Below the pieces are notes generated by a model, which ran no database searches, had not been told where the DNA came from, and saw nothing but the letters and a program-made list of their open reading frames with translations. From an uncultured Desulfarculus sp. (GTDB lineage: Bacteria; Desulfobacterota; Desulfarculia; Desulfarculales; Desulfarculaceae), in the NCBI GenBank assembly GCA_963665125.2, contig CAXXUK010000001.1, positions 896,001-960,000 of the forward strand: DNA of 64,000 nt. The letters are read 5' to 3'. The translations under genes and the position numbers were made by a program. Below are positions 1-8,187 of the stretch, in pieces (within the stretch, counting starts at the first letter, position 1; each line of letters opens with the position of its first letter).

Positions 1-311
1 TTTTCGCCGCCGGGGTTGGCCAAGGTGAACCGCAGCCAGACCGCGCCCTCGACCCTACCCAAATGGGGAATATCACCGGCAATGGACGTGAATTTGGCTG
101 CGTTGAGTTGGTCCGCCACCGAGTTGATGGACAGTTTTTCATCCGGGTCCGGCAGGTATGCCAAATGTCCGCCCAGGGCCTGGCTGGATTTCTCGGCTGA
201 CAAGATCAGGGGGGCTTCCGAAGAAGCCAATGCGCCGTGGCCCAGATTCAGAAAAACCAAGGCCGCCAATACTAATATTAAGAGGCTGAGCTGTTTCATG
301 TTCAAAGTCAT
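1..311 (-). CDS. 5' part (runs off window) of a 7TM-DISM-type receptor/sensor protein, periplasmic 7TMR-DISMED2-like domain
   Basis: Manual translation from ATG 311 (or 299): signal peptide MKQLSLLILVLAALVFLNLGHGALA, then YLPDPDEKLSINSV...HLGRVEGAVWLRFTLAN, resembling the DISMED2 pattern. Absent from the ORF track because it is truncated. Confidence 0.65.
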   Translation of the reverse strand, partial: MTLNMKQLSLLILVLAALVFLNLGHGALASSEAPLILSAEKSSQALGGHLAYLPDPDEKLSINSVADQLNAAKFTSIAGDIPHLGRVEGAVWLRFTLANPGGE

Positions 312-480
312 GGCTCTAACATTGACGCGATCAGGCCAAAAATCTTTCTGATCATATAGGATTTGCCCGACCAAGGGAATATGGTTTGCGAATATGACGT
401 GGTCGGACGCCTACGGCCGATTTGATGCCTTGGCGGCCAAGGCACGTTGCCGGCAATTATTCATACAAGGCGACCGTTTA

Positions 481-2094
481 TCATCCTTGGCCGATTTCCT
501 CCAGATTGACCCCCGTGGTTTCTATGGCGAACAGCCAGGTGATCAGCGCTCCCGCCAGCGATGTGCCCACCAGGATGAAGAGCAGGACCTGGGTGCCGAT
601 ATCCTTTAGCAGGATCGGGAATAAAAACGCAGTGATGATGGCGCCGATTTTGGCGAACGATGCGGCGAAACCGGCCCCCTTGCCGCGGATTTGGGTGGGA
701 AACACCTCTCCGGCGATGAGGTAGGTCATGGCATTGGGGCCCATGTTGGTCATCAGGTTGAAAATCATGAAACCGGCGAAAATGAGCAGGATGTTCAGCG
801 CTCCGCTGAAGTTGAGGGAAATGGCGGCCAGGAACAAACCGGCCGCGCAACCGATAAACCCGCTTATTTGCAGTTTGATGCGGCCCATGCGGTCCACCAA
901 TAGCACCGCAAGCACAATGCCCACCAGAAGCAGCAAATCCAACAGCGCCGCGCCCTTGGCGGCGAGCATGTCGTTTTGAATGATCACCGAGAGGTTATGG
1001 GCGTATTTGGTTTCCGCGCCAATGGTGGAAGCAAGAATGGTGGGGGTGAATATGCCGATGCCATAGGTGCCCAGATCCTGCAGGAACCAGGGCAGGGACG
1101 CCAGGATCGTGGCCCGTTTGTTTTTTCCATTGAACAGCGTCGTATATCCGTTGCCGTTTTGCTTGCCTTGTTCGTCGGGCGGGCAGGTGTCGGGTTTGAT
1201 CAGGTTGATTTCTTTGGGGTATGGGGGATAGCGGTCCAGCAGGCGATGCAGTTCCTGCTCGGCCTGGGCGATTTTATTCTTGGAGACGAGCCAGTGGCCG
1301 CTGTCGGGTATGAAGAAACGCCCCAGGAAAACCAATATTGCCGGCGCGACGGCCGTGGCGTACATCCATCGCCAGGCGGAGAGGTCCGGATTTTCGTACA
1401 GGATCAGATAGCCCACGGCCGTGCCGACCAAGGCCCCCACCGCCTGGAAGCCGAATGCGCTGAGCACCAGCTTGCCCCTGGAGGTGCTGGGTATGGATTC
1501 GGAAATGACCATGTGGGCCGTGGGATAGTCGCAGCCCAGGGCCGTTCCCATGCCGAAGAGACAGGCCAGAAGCCAACCAAAGTTGGAAGCGAGGACGGTG
1601 AGCGCTAAAAACACCGCGAAAAGAACCATCTCAATGATGAATATCAGCTTGCGGCCAAACCGGTCGGCAAGACCGCCCAGGCCCGAGGCGCCGATGAGTA
1701 TGCCCGCCAGGGGCGCCGCGCTGACCAGGCCTTTCTCCATGGCCGTCAGGTCGAATTCCTTGACGATCAGCGGCAGGGCCACACCGGTCATGAACACCAC
1801 CAGGCCTTCGAAGAACTTGCCCGCCGTGGCCAGGCACCAGATGCGCCATTGCATCTGGGTCATGGGGGAAAAGGAGACCTTGGTGCCGTCGGCCCAAACA
1901 GGTGTTTCGTCTATGTATTCCTGGACCGTTTTCCCCTCGGGTGTTGGCTTGTCGGGCTGCAAGTTCGGCTCCGTGGCTGTGGTTGGTTTTTTCGGTGTAT
2001 GACCGCCGCTCCTCGCCGCGCCGGGCACCGATGATACTAACACCAAAATATAAGTGAAACATATCAATAATTTTTGCCCGAGGTTCCCAGTCAT
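481..2094 (-). CDS. MFS transporter (sugar-porter/metabolite:H+ symporter-like); true start probably near 2000
   Basis: Multiple hydrophobic helices; GGLADRFGRK and LVDRMGRIK MFS loop motifs; GEVFPTQIRG and ETTG sugar-porter-like motifs. Confidence 0.85.
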   Translation of the reverse strand: MTGNLGQKLLICFTYILVLVSSVPGAARSGGHTPKKPTTATEPNLQPDKPTPEGKTVQEYIDETPVWADGTKVSFSPMTQMQWRIWCLATAGKFFEGLVVFMTGVALPLIVKEFDLTAMEKGLVSAAPLAGILIGASGLGGLADRFGRKLIFIIEMVLFAVFLALTVLASNFGWLLACLFGMGTALGCDYPTAHMVISESIPSTSRGKLVLSAFGFQAVGALVGTAVGYLILYENPDLSAWRWMYATAVAPAILVFLGRFFIPDSGHWLVSKNKIAQAEQELHRLLDRYPPYPKEINLIKPDTCPPDEQGKQNGNGYTTLFNGKNKRATILASLPWFLQDLGTYGIGIFTPTILASTIGAETKYAHNLSVIIQNDMLAAKGAALLDLLLLVGIVLAVLLVDRMGRIKLQISGFIGCAAGLFLAAISLNFSGALNILLIFAGFMIFNLMTNMGPNAMTYLIAGEVFPTQIRGKGAGFAASFAKIGAIITAFLFPILLKDIGTQVLLFILVGTSLAGALITWLFAIETTGVNLEEIGQG

Positions 2095-2242
2095 GGGGCG
2101 GGATTATGCAGCGGGAATCGCCAAGTACGGACGGTTAAGGCATACTTGCAACATCCCGTGACAGGTGATAGCATCCATTGTTCCGCAATCTGTTGCAAAG
2201 CCCGTGATTTGGGGCATAAGTTTTCTATTGGGAAATGGCAAA

Positions 2243-3121
2243 ATGACTTTTCAAAACCTGATCCTGGCCCTGCAAAACTACTGGGCCAAACAAGGCTGCA
2301 TCATCGGCCAGCCTTATGATCTGGAAGTGGGCGCGGGAACCTTCAACCCGCACACCCTACTCAGGGTTCTGGGTCCCGAGCCTTGGAGCGTTGCATACGT
2401 CGAGCCTTCGCGCCGGCCCACCGACGGCCGATACGGCGAGAACCCCAACCGCCTGCAGGCCTATTATCAGTTTCAGGTGATTCTCAAGCCTTCGCCGCTC
2501 AACGTCCAGGATCTGTACCTGGATTCGCTCAAGGCCTTTGGCATCGATCCCCTGGAGCACGACATCCGCTTTGTGGAAGACGACTGGGAATCCCCGACCC
2601 TGGGCGCCTGGGGCCTGGGCTGGGAGGTCTGGCTCGACGGCATGGAGGTGACCCAGTTCACCTATTTCCAGCAGGCCGGTTCCATTGACCTGAGCCCGGT
2701 GAGCGTCGAGCTTACCTATGGCCTGGAGCGCATCGCCATGTATTTGCAGGGCGTGGATAATGTCTATGACCTGGAGTGGACCAAGGGCGTCAGCTACGGC
2801 GACGTGCACCACAAGGGCGAATGGGAGCACAGCACCTACAACTTCGAGGTGGCCGATATCGACATGCTTTGGAACCTTTTCGAGTCATATGAAAAGGAAG
2901 CAAAACGCGCCCTGGACATGGGCCTGGTCCTGCCGGGTTATGACTACTGCCTCAAGTGCTCGCACACCTTCAACCTGCTCGAGGCCCGGGGCGCAATCAG
3001 CGTGACCCAGCGCACGGCCTACATCGGCCGCATCCGCGACATGGCCCGCAAGGCCGCCGAGGCCTATGTGAACCAACGCCAGGAGATGGGCCATCCGCTC
3101 GTGAAGAGGGAGGTGGCCTGA
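2243..3121 (+). CDS. glyQ: Glycine--tRNA ligase alpha subunit
   Basis: [54 protein letters not shown] motifs. Confidence 0.98.
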   Translation: MTFQNLILALQNYWAKQGCIIGQPYDLEVGAGTFNPHTLLRVLGPEPWSVAYVEPSRRPTDGRYGENPNRLQAYYQFQVILKPSPLNVQDLYLDSLKAFGIDPLEHDIRFVEDDWESPTLGAWGLGWEVWLDGMEVTQFTYFQQAGSIDLSPVSVELTYGLERIAMYLQGVDNVYDLEWTKGVSYGDVHHKGEWEHSTYNFEVADIDMLWNLFESYEKEAKRALDMGLVLPGYDYCLKCSHTFNLLEARGAISVTQRTAYIGRIRDMARKAAEAYVNQRQEMGHPLVKREVA

Positions 3122-5205
3122 TGGCGCAGTTGCTATTTGAAATCGGCATGGAGGAAATGCCAGCTCGTTTCGTGGCCCCGGCCATCGGGCAGATCAGCGA
3201 ACTGGCCCAAAAGCTCCTGGCCAACGCCGGACTGATCGGCGACGATTCAGCCGTCAAGGCCTATGGCACGCCCCGGCGTCTGGCCGTGGTGGTCGACGGC
3301 CTGGCCCAGCGCCAGCCGGACATGGAAGAGCAGTTCCTGGGCCCGCCCAAGGCCAACGCCTTTGACGCCAACGGCAACCCCACCAAGGCGGCCCTGGGCT
3401 TTGCCAAGAGCCAGGGCGTTGAGGTGGGCCAACTCAAGTCGATCGATACGGCCAAGGGTGAGCGCCTAGGCTACATCAAGCATGTGCCCGGTCAGGACGC
3501 CGAGGCGGTGATGCCCGGCATCCTGCAGAAGATCGTTGAGTCGCTGCACTTCCCCAAAAGCATGCGCTGGGGCGCGGAACAATTCCGCTTCGCCCGGCCC
3601 ATCCATTGGTTCGTGGCCCTGCTGGACGGCAAGGTCGTGCCTCTGGAGATGACCGGCATCAAAAGCGGCAACCAGACCCGTGGCCACCGCTTCATGGCCC
3701 CGGCGGCCATTGAAGTCACCGGCGGCGCGGACTACGTGGAAAAACTGCGCCAGGCCCATGTTTTGGTTGACCGCGACGAGCGCATAGCCGCCACCAGGGC
3801 CGAGGTCGACAAGGCCGCCCGGGAGGCGGGCTTCAACCTGCTGGACGACGAAACCCTGCTGTTGGAAAACGCCGACCTGGTGGAACAGCCCACGGCCTGC
3901 TGCGGCACCTTTGACGAGCAGTTCCTGGAAGTGCCCCGTGAGGTCGTGGTCACTGCCATGCGCGAGCACCAGCGGTATCATTCGCTGGAAGACGACCAGG
4001 GCAAGCTGATGGCCGCGTTCATCGCCGTCAACAACACCAAGCCCAAGGACCTGGCCGTGGTTACGGCCGGTCACCAGAAGGTCCTGCGGGCACGCCTGGC
4101 CGACGCCCGGTTCTTCCTGGACGAAGACCGCAAGCGCGCCCTCATCGACTTCATGGATAATCTGAAGCCGGTGACATATCACGCCAAGCTTGGCTCTAGC
4201 TATGAAAAGGTCCAGCGCATCACGGCCATGGCCCAGTGGCTGGCCGGGGTGCTGGCTCCGGAGCTGGCCGACAAGGCCCAGCGGGCCGCCCGGCTGGCCA
4301 AGTGTGACCTGGTCACCGAAATGGTCGGCGAGTTTCCCTCGTTGCAGGGCGTTGTCGGCGCGGACTATGCCCGCCGGGACAACGAAGACCCCGATGTGGC
4401 CGCTGCCATCGAGGAACACTACATGCCTGCCGGCGCAGACGCGCCGCTGCCCCAGGGCATGGTGGGCCTGCTGGTTGGTTTGGCCGACCGCCTGGACACC
4501 ATCTGCGGCCTGTTCGGCGTGGGCGAAATCCCCACCGGCGCGGCCGACCCCTATGCCCTGCGCAGGACGGCAATCGCCGTGATCAGGCTGATCACCGAAA
4601 AAGAGCTGACCCTGAGCCTGGGCGCGGCCCTTGACAAGGCCCTGGCCGGTCTGGAAGGCAAACTCGCCACTCCGGCCGAAGAGGTGAAAGCCGAGGTGGT
4701 CAAGTTCTTCGCCGCCCGTTTCAGCGGACTTCTGGCCGATGCCGGTGTGCCCACCGACGTTGCCCAGGCCGTGCTGGCCGTGGGGCTGGACGACCTGAGC
4801 GCCACCGCGGCGAGGGCCAAGGCCCTGGCCGCCGTCAAGGACAGCCCGGACTTCGCGCCCCTGGCCGCCGGTATGAAGCGGGTGATGAATATCCTCAAGA
4901 AGGAAGCCGACCAGGTTCCCGACAGCGCGCCCCAGGCCGACGTGATGACCGAGGACGCCGAGCGCGGCCTGTTCGGCGCGTTCCAGGCCCTGGAAGGCGA
5001 GGCCAAGGAGCTGTTCGCAAAGGGGGATTATGCCAGCTTCCTCAAGAAGCTCTCGGAACTCAAAGGCCCCATTGACGCGTTTTTCGACAACGTCATGGTC
5101 ATGGACAAGGACGAGGCCGTACGCCGCAACAGGCTGGCTATCCTGAGCGCCGTGGCCGGGATGTTCAGCGGGCTGGCCGAGTTCACCTATCTGCAACTGG
5201 CCTAG
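3121..5205 (+). CDS. glyS: Glycine--tRNA ligase beta subunit
   Basis: LLFEIGMEEMP, TPRRL, MRWG, ARLADARFF, EFPSLQG, DPYALRR, RRNRL motifs; TGATG coupling to glyQ. Confidence 0.97.
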   Translation: MAQLLFEIGMEEMPARFVAPAIGQISELAQKLLANAGLIGDDSAVKAYGTPRRLAVVVDGLAQRQPDMEEQFLGPPKANAFDANGNPTKAALGFAKSQGVEVGQLKSIDTAKGERLGYIKHVPGQDAEAVMPGILQKIVESLHFPKSMRWGAEQFRFARPIHWFVALLDGKVVPLEMTGIKSGNQTRGHRFMAPAAIEVTGGADYVEKLRQAHVLVDRDERIAATRAEVDKAAREAGFNLLDDETLLLENADLVEQPTACCGTFDEQFLEVPREVVVTAMREHQRYHSLEDDQGKLMAAFIAVNNTKPKDLAVVTAGHQKVLRARLADARFFLDEDRKRALIDFMDNLKPVTYHAKLGSSYEKVQRITAMAQWLAGVLAPELADKAQRAARLAKCDLVTEMVGEFPSLQGVVGADYARRDNEDPDVAAAIEEHYMPAGADAPLPQGMVGLLVGLADRLDTICGLFGVGEIPTGAADPYALRRTAIAVIRLITEKELTLSLGAALDKALAGLEGKLATPAEEVKAEVVKFFAARFSGLLADAGVPTDVAQAVLAVGLDDLSATAARAKALAAVKDSPDFAPLAAGMKRVMNILKKEADQVPDSAPQADVMTEDAERGLFGAFQALEGEAKELFAKGDYASFLKKLSELKGPIDAFFDNVMVMDKDEAVRRNRLAILSAVAGMFSGLAEFTYLQLA

Positions 5206-5548
5206 CGGACGCAGGACTGATCAGTTTTTTTGAGCGATTCAATATGGTAGCCAAGTGAGTTGGCTTGAGCTACCAGTTTTTTATAGATGCCGGGGGCCAT
5301 TTCCGGAGTGCGGGACAGTATCCAGAGATATTTCTTGTCCGGATGACCCACCATGGCCCAGCGGTAATCCGGATCTAGAGCGATGACCCAGTAGTCGCCC
5401 CAGAACGGGCGAAAAAAGCTGACTTGCAGACGGGCGTTGTTTGAGCCCTCCACCGGCTTGGCCAGGCCTTGGGCTTGGTCCCAGGTGTCGTCAGTTCCCC
5501 GTTTGCACTTGTTTGTCACGGTTACGGAGCCGTCTTTCCGTAATGAAT
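5202..5548 (-). pseudogene. blc: Blc-like lipocalin, 3' fragment (disrupted by IS)
   Basis: LRKDGSVTVTNKC...LQVSFFRPFWGDYWVIALDPDYRWAMVGHPDKKYLWILSRTP is a lipocalin C-terminal half; it rejoins the 5' fragment in frame once the IS and one GAAT copy are removed. Confidence 0.9.
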
Positions 5549-5564
5549 TGTAAACTTCCCTCAT

Positions 5565-6374
5565 TTAGTGCCATTGAAAAGCAGAGATTTCCGGGTCGTT
5601 TAGAGCAAGGTATTCCGATGGCGTCAGGTTGCCGAGGGACTCGTGGGGACGCACCTCGTTGTACTCTTTTAACCATCTATCGGTAATTTCCCGCACCTCG
5701 CTCAAGCTGTTGAAAATGTAAAGGTCCAGGACCTCCTCTCGGTAGGTCCGGTTGAATCGTTCTATGTATGAGTTCTGGGTCGGCTTGCCGGGCTGGATGA
5801 AATCCAATTGCACGCCGTGGTCGTCTGCCCATTCGGCCATGGCCGCACTGACAAATTCCGGTCCATTGTCCATACGCAACTTTTGCGGATACCCCCGCCA
5901 AGCTGCGATGCGTTCCAGCACCCGAAGCACCCTGGGAGCCTGAAGGCTGATATCGATCTCAATCGCCAAACCCTCCCGGTTGAAATCATCCACCACGTTG
6001 AAGGTGCGGAAACGATGGCCACCATACAAGGCATCGCTCATGAAATCTATCGACCAGCAAATATTGGCCAGGTCGGGCACGGTCAGTGGCTCCGGATTCC
6101 TTGATGGCAGGCGCTTTTTGCCCTTACGTCGAAGATTCATTTTCAGCTCGCAGTACACCCGATAAACTCTTTTGTGGTTCCAGCCGTGGCCTTGGCGTTT
6201 GATCACCTGAAATAGCTTGTAAAAGCCCCATCTGGGGTGTTTGTCCGCCAGCGAGGTCAGCGCCCCTATTATGGGCGCATCATCATGCGGTTTGGGCTGG
6301 TAGGCATATACACTCCGGCTTAGATTCAAAGCGCCACAGGCCTTGCGAATGCTCAGCTTATGCTCCCGCCGCAT
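5565..6374 (-). CDS. IS3-family transposase OrfB (DDE/rve); expressed as OrfAB via -1 frameshift
   Basis: WSIDFMSD, DNGPEF, PGKPTQNSYIERFN, YNEVRPHESLG motifs. Confidence 0.95.
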   Translation of the reverse strand: MRREHKLSIRKACGALNLSRSVYAYQPKPHDDAPIIGALTSLADKHPRWGFYKLFQVIKRQGHGWNHKRVYRVYCELKMNLRRKGKKRLPSRNPEPLTVPDLANICWSIDFMSDALYGGHRFRTFNVVDDFNREGLAIEIDISLQAPRVLRVLERIAAWRGYPQKLRMDNGPEFVSAAMAEWADDHGVQLDFIQPGKPTQNSYIERFNRTYREEVLDLYIFNSLSEVREITDRWLKEYNEVRPHESLGNLTPSEYLALNDPEISAFQWH

Positions 6375-6406
6375 AAAGTCGACCAGGCGCCGCCGTTCAG
6401 CCGGTT

Positions 6407-6673
6407 TCAGAGCTTTTTTTCGATGACATCCTTTAAAGCGCGATTCTCCAGGCTCAACTCTGCATACATCTGTTTTAACCGCTGGTTTTCTTCCTCAAGC
6501 TCCTTGAGACGCCTTATGTCCGAGGCCTCCATGCCGCCGTACTTGGATTTCCACTTGTAATAGGTGGCACTGCTGATCCCTTGCTCACGGCAAACATCCT
6601 TGGCTGTCCGGCCTGCTTCAACTTCCTTCAAAATCTTGACTATCTGGCTCTCGGTAAATCTGGTCTTGCGCAT
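6407..6673 (-). CDS. IS3-family transposase OrfA (HTH)
   Basis: MRKTRFTESQIVKILKE...CREQGISSATYYKWKSKYGG...LEEENQRLK; ends ATC GAA AAA AAG CTC TGA. Confidence 0.95.
   Translation of the reverse strand: MRKTRFTESQIVKILKEVEAGRTAKDVCREQGISSATYYKWKSKYGGMEASDIRRLKELEEENQRLKQMYAELSLENRALKDVIEKKL
6413..6420 (-). other. Programmed -1 ribosomal frameshift motif AAAAAAAG
   Basis: A7G at the end of orfA; the -1 frame continues KALKPAERRRLVDFMRREH into orfB. Confidence 0.85.
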
Positions 6674-6752
6674 TGCGTAGATTCCTCCTTGCAGGTTACA
6701 TCCTGCCAGAAGTCTCTACCTGTCAGTGGACCTATTTTATGGGATGGTTACA

Positions 6753-6949
6753 GAATAATCAGCCGTGGAACAGCGGCAGCCTTTTTGAAAGGAGTTGGGA
6801 AAAGAGGCGATTTCATACCACCGGCCCATGTAGCGGTTCAGGTCAACTAGATCGACTACTTCGCCGGGGCCGGGCCGTCGCGTCGAACAACCGGCAGTGA
6901 TGGCCAGAGCGGCCAACAAACAAAGGGCAATGCATTTGGTAATGGTCAA
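6753..6949 (-). pseudogene. blc: Blc-like lipocalin, 5' fragment (lipoprotein)
   Basis: Lipobox LAITAGC and lipocalin motif DLNRYMGRWYEIA; interrupted after STADYS by the IS end. Confidence 0.9.
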
Positions 6950-7917
6950 TTCAGGTCCCGTCCTTTGCCCGAGTCGCTGATGTCCACCAACTCAAGGGGG
7001 TAGGGCGCGAAATAGGTTTGGGCTGCCAGATAGGGGTTGTCGTAGCGAACCACCCAGGAATGCAGGACGGCCAACAGGGCGCTCAGAGGCGTGCGGCCCT
7101 GGCGGTACTGCTCTATCAGCTCACCAAAAAACTGTTTTTCCGATGTGTTAAGCTGTTTCTTAAAGTATCCCATTATGTGTTCAATGGCGTTGATATGGCT
7201 GGTGTAGCGGGCGCCGCGCTTCATGGCCTGGGACAGGCTTTGGCCGTAATTTGCCACTACCGTGGCAAATGATTGGCCGCCGGGGTTGGCCACGATGCGG
7301 CCCATGACCCGCATCTGCTGCTGGTTGTAGGCCATCAACAACAGCTTGTTGGCCGAGTGAAACTGCACCAGGCAGCCCATGGAACCCGAAGCGGCAACCT
7401 CTCGCAAAGAGGCCAGGGTGAAAAGTTTGGTCAGGAAATGCTCCCGCAGGCTAAAGTTCCTGATCCGGCCGTCGTGCTCCACGGCCGCATGTGGAAATCG
7501 CTCCTGGGCCACGCCGCCGAAGACTCCCTTGCCTTTTTGGGATGCGGCCCCCCGCTGGGGACCATGGTAGATCTTTACGTCATAGGGCCCGCAGGACGGC
7601 GAACGGTTTTTCAGAACAAAGCCGTCGATAGCGGCCAGGGATTCCAGATGTTTTTTACAGAAACGCCGCATTTCGTCGGTGTGATCCAGGTCCGTGTCGG
7701 GCTGGAATACCCGTATGCCACCCGCGGATGATATCAGCCGGATGGGTTTGCGGGGCACGCCCAAACCGATCTCCACCTCGGGGCAGACCGGCAGGTAGTC
7801 CGCGAATTGCCCCAGGCGGGCCACGAAATCGTCATGGATAATATCGCCGTTCCAGCGGCAGGCTTCAAAGCCCAGGCATTTGCTGACCACGACTCTGGGC
7901 CGGGCATAAGAGAGCAT
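6946..7917 (-). CDS. YbgA-family protein (DUF523 2-thiouracil-desulfurase-like + DUF1722)
   Basis: SKCLGFEACRWNG, VCPEVEIGLGVPR, LKNRSPSCG, FHSANKLLLMAY, HIMGYFK, YLAAQTYFAPYP. Confidence 0.88.
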   Translation of the reverse strand: MLSYARPRVVVSKCLGFEACRWNGDIIHDDFVARLGQFADYLPVCPEVEIGLGVPRKPIRLISSAGGIRVFQPDTDLDHTDEMRRFCKKHLESLAAIDGFVLKNRSPSCGPYDVKIYHGPQRGAASQKGKGVFGGVAQERFPHAAVEHDGRIRNFSLREHFLTKLFTLASLREVAASGSMGCLVQFHSANKLLLMAYNQQQMRVMGRIVANPGGQSFATVVANYGQSLSQAMKRGARYTSHINAIEHIMGYFKKQLNTSEKQFFGELIEQYRQGRTPLSALLAVLHSWVVRYDNPYLAAQTYFAPYPLELVDISDSGKGRDLN

Positions 7918-8081
7918 GGGGTCCCCCTGGTTGAATAATTTCCCTAGGGCGGCTTTATTCCAGATTGATTCAGCGGCCTTGGCCAGTCAAGAAAAGCCAC
8001 AAAAAACATTCAACATGGTGAATTGCACGGGATGGTTTTGTCATTCCGGGCTGTTGGGTGTGATGTGTTAATTCGTCTTAT

Positions 8082-8129
8082 ACACAATATGTAGTTGCAA
8101 AATAGTGGCGACACCACGTAATATGGTGC
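8082..8129 (+). promoter_or_regulatory. Tandem NrdR-box-like sites upstream of smc
   Basis: ACACAATATGTAGTTG (8082-8097) is close to acaCwAtATaTwGtgt; a weaker CCACGTAATATGGTGC (8114-8129) lies 32 bp downstream. Confidence 0.5.
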
Positions 8130-8187
8130 TCGTGTAGTGATCGCCGTGGTGCGGCCAACAGCCATCTATCAAGCGAACGAGGTGACC

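Larger units (their letters stand above)
5549..6752 (-). mobile_element. IS3-family (IS407 group) insertion sequence, about 1.2 kb
   Basis: Imperfect terminal IRs TGTAAACTTCCCTCATTTAGTGCCA and (reverse complement) TGTAACCATCCCATAAAATAGGTCCA; GAAT duplicated at 5545-5548 and 6753-6756; orfA/orfB with an A7G slippery site. Confidence 0.95.

Noticed and set aside
3466..5196. 576-aa antisense ORF; likewise 33501-35117, 47836-48978, 53527-55101 and 62377-63984
   Set aside because: These are shadow ORFs opposite well-supported genes, expected from high-GC codon bias, and have no recognisable motifs.
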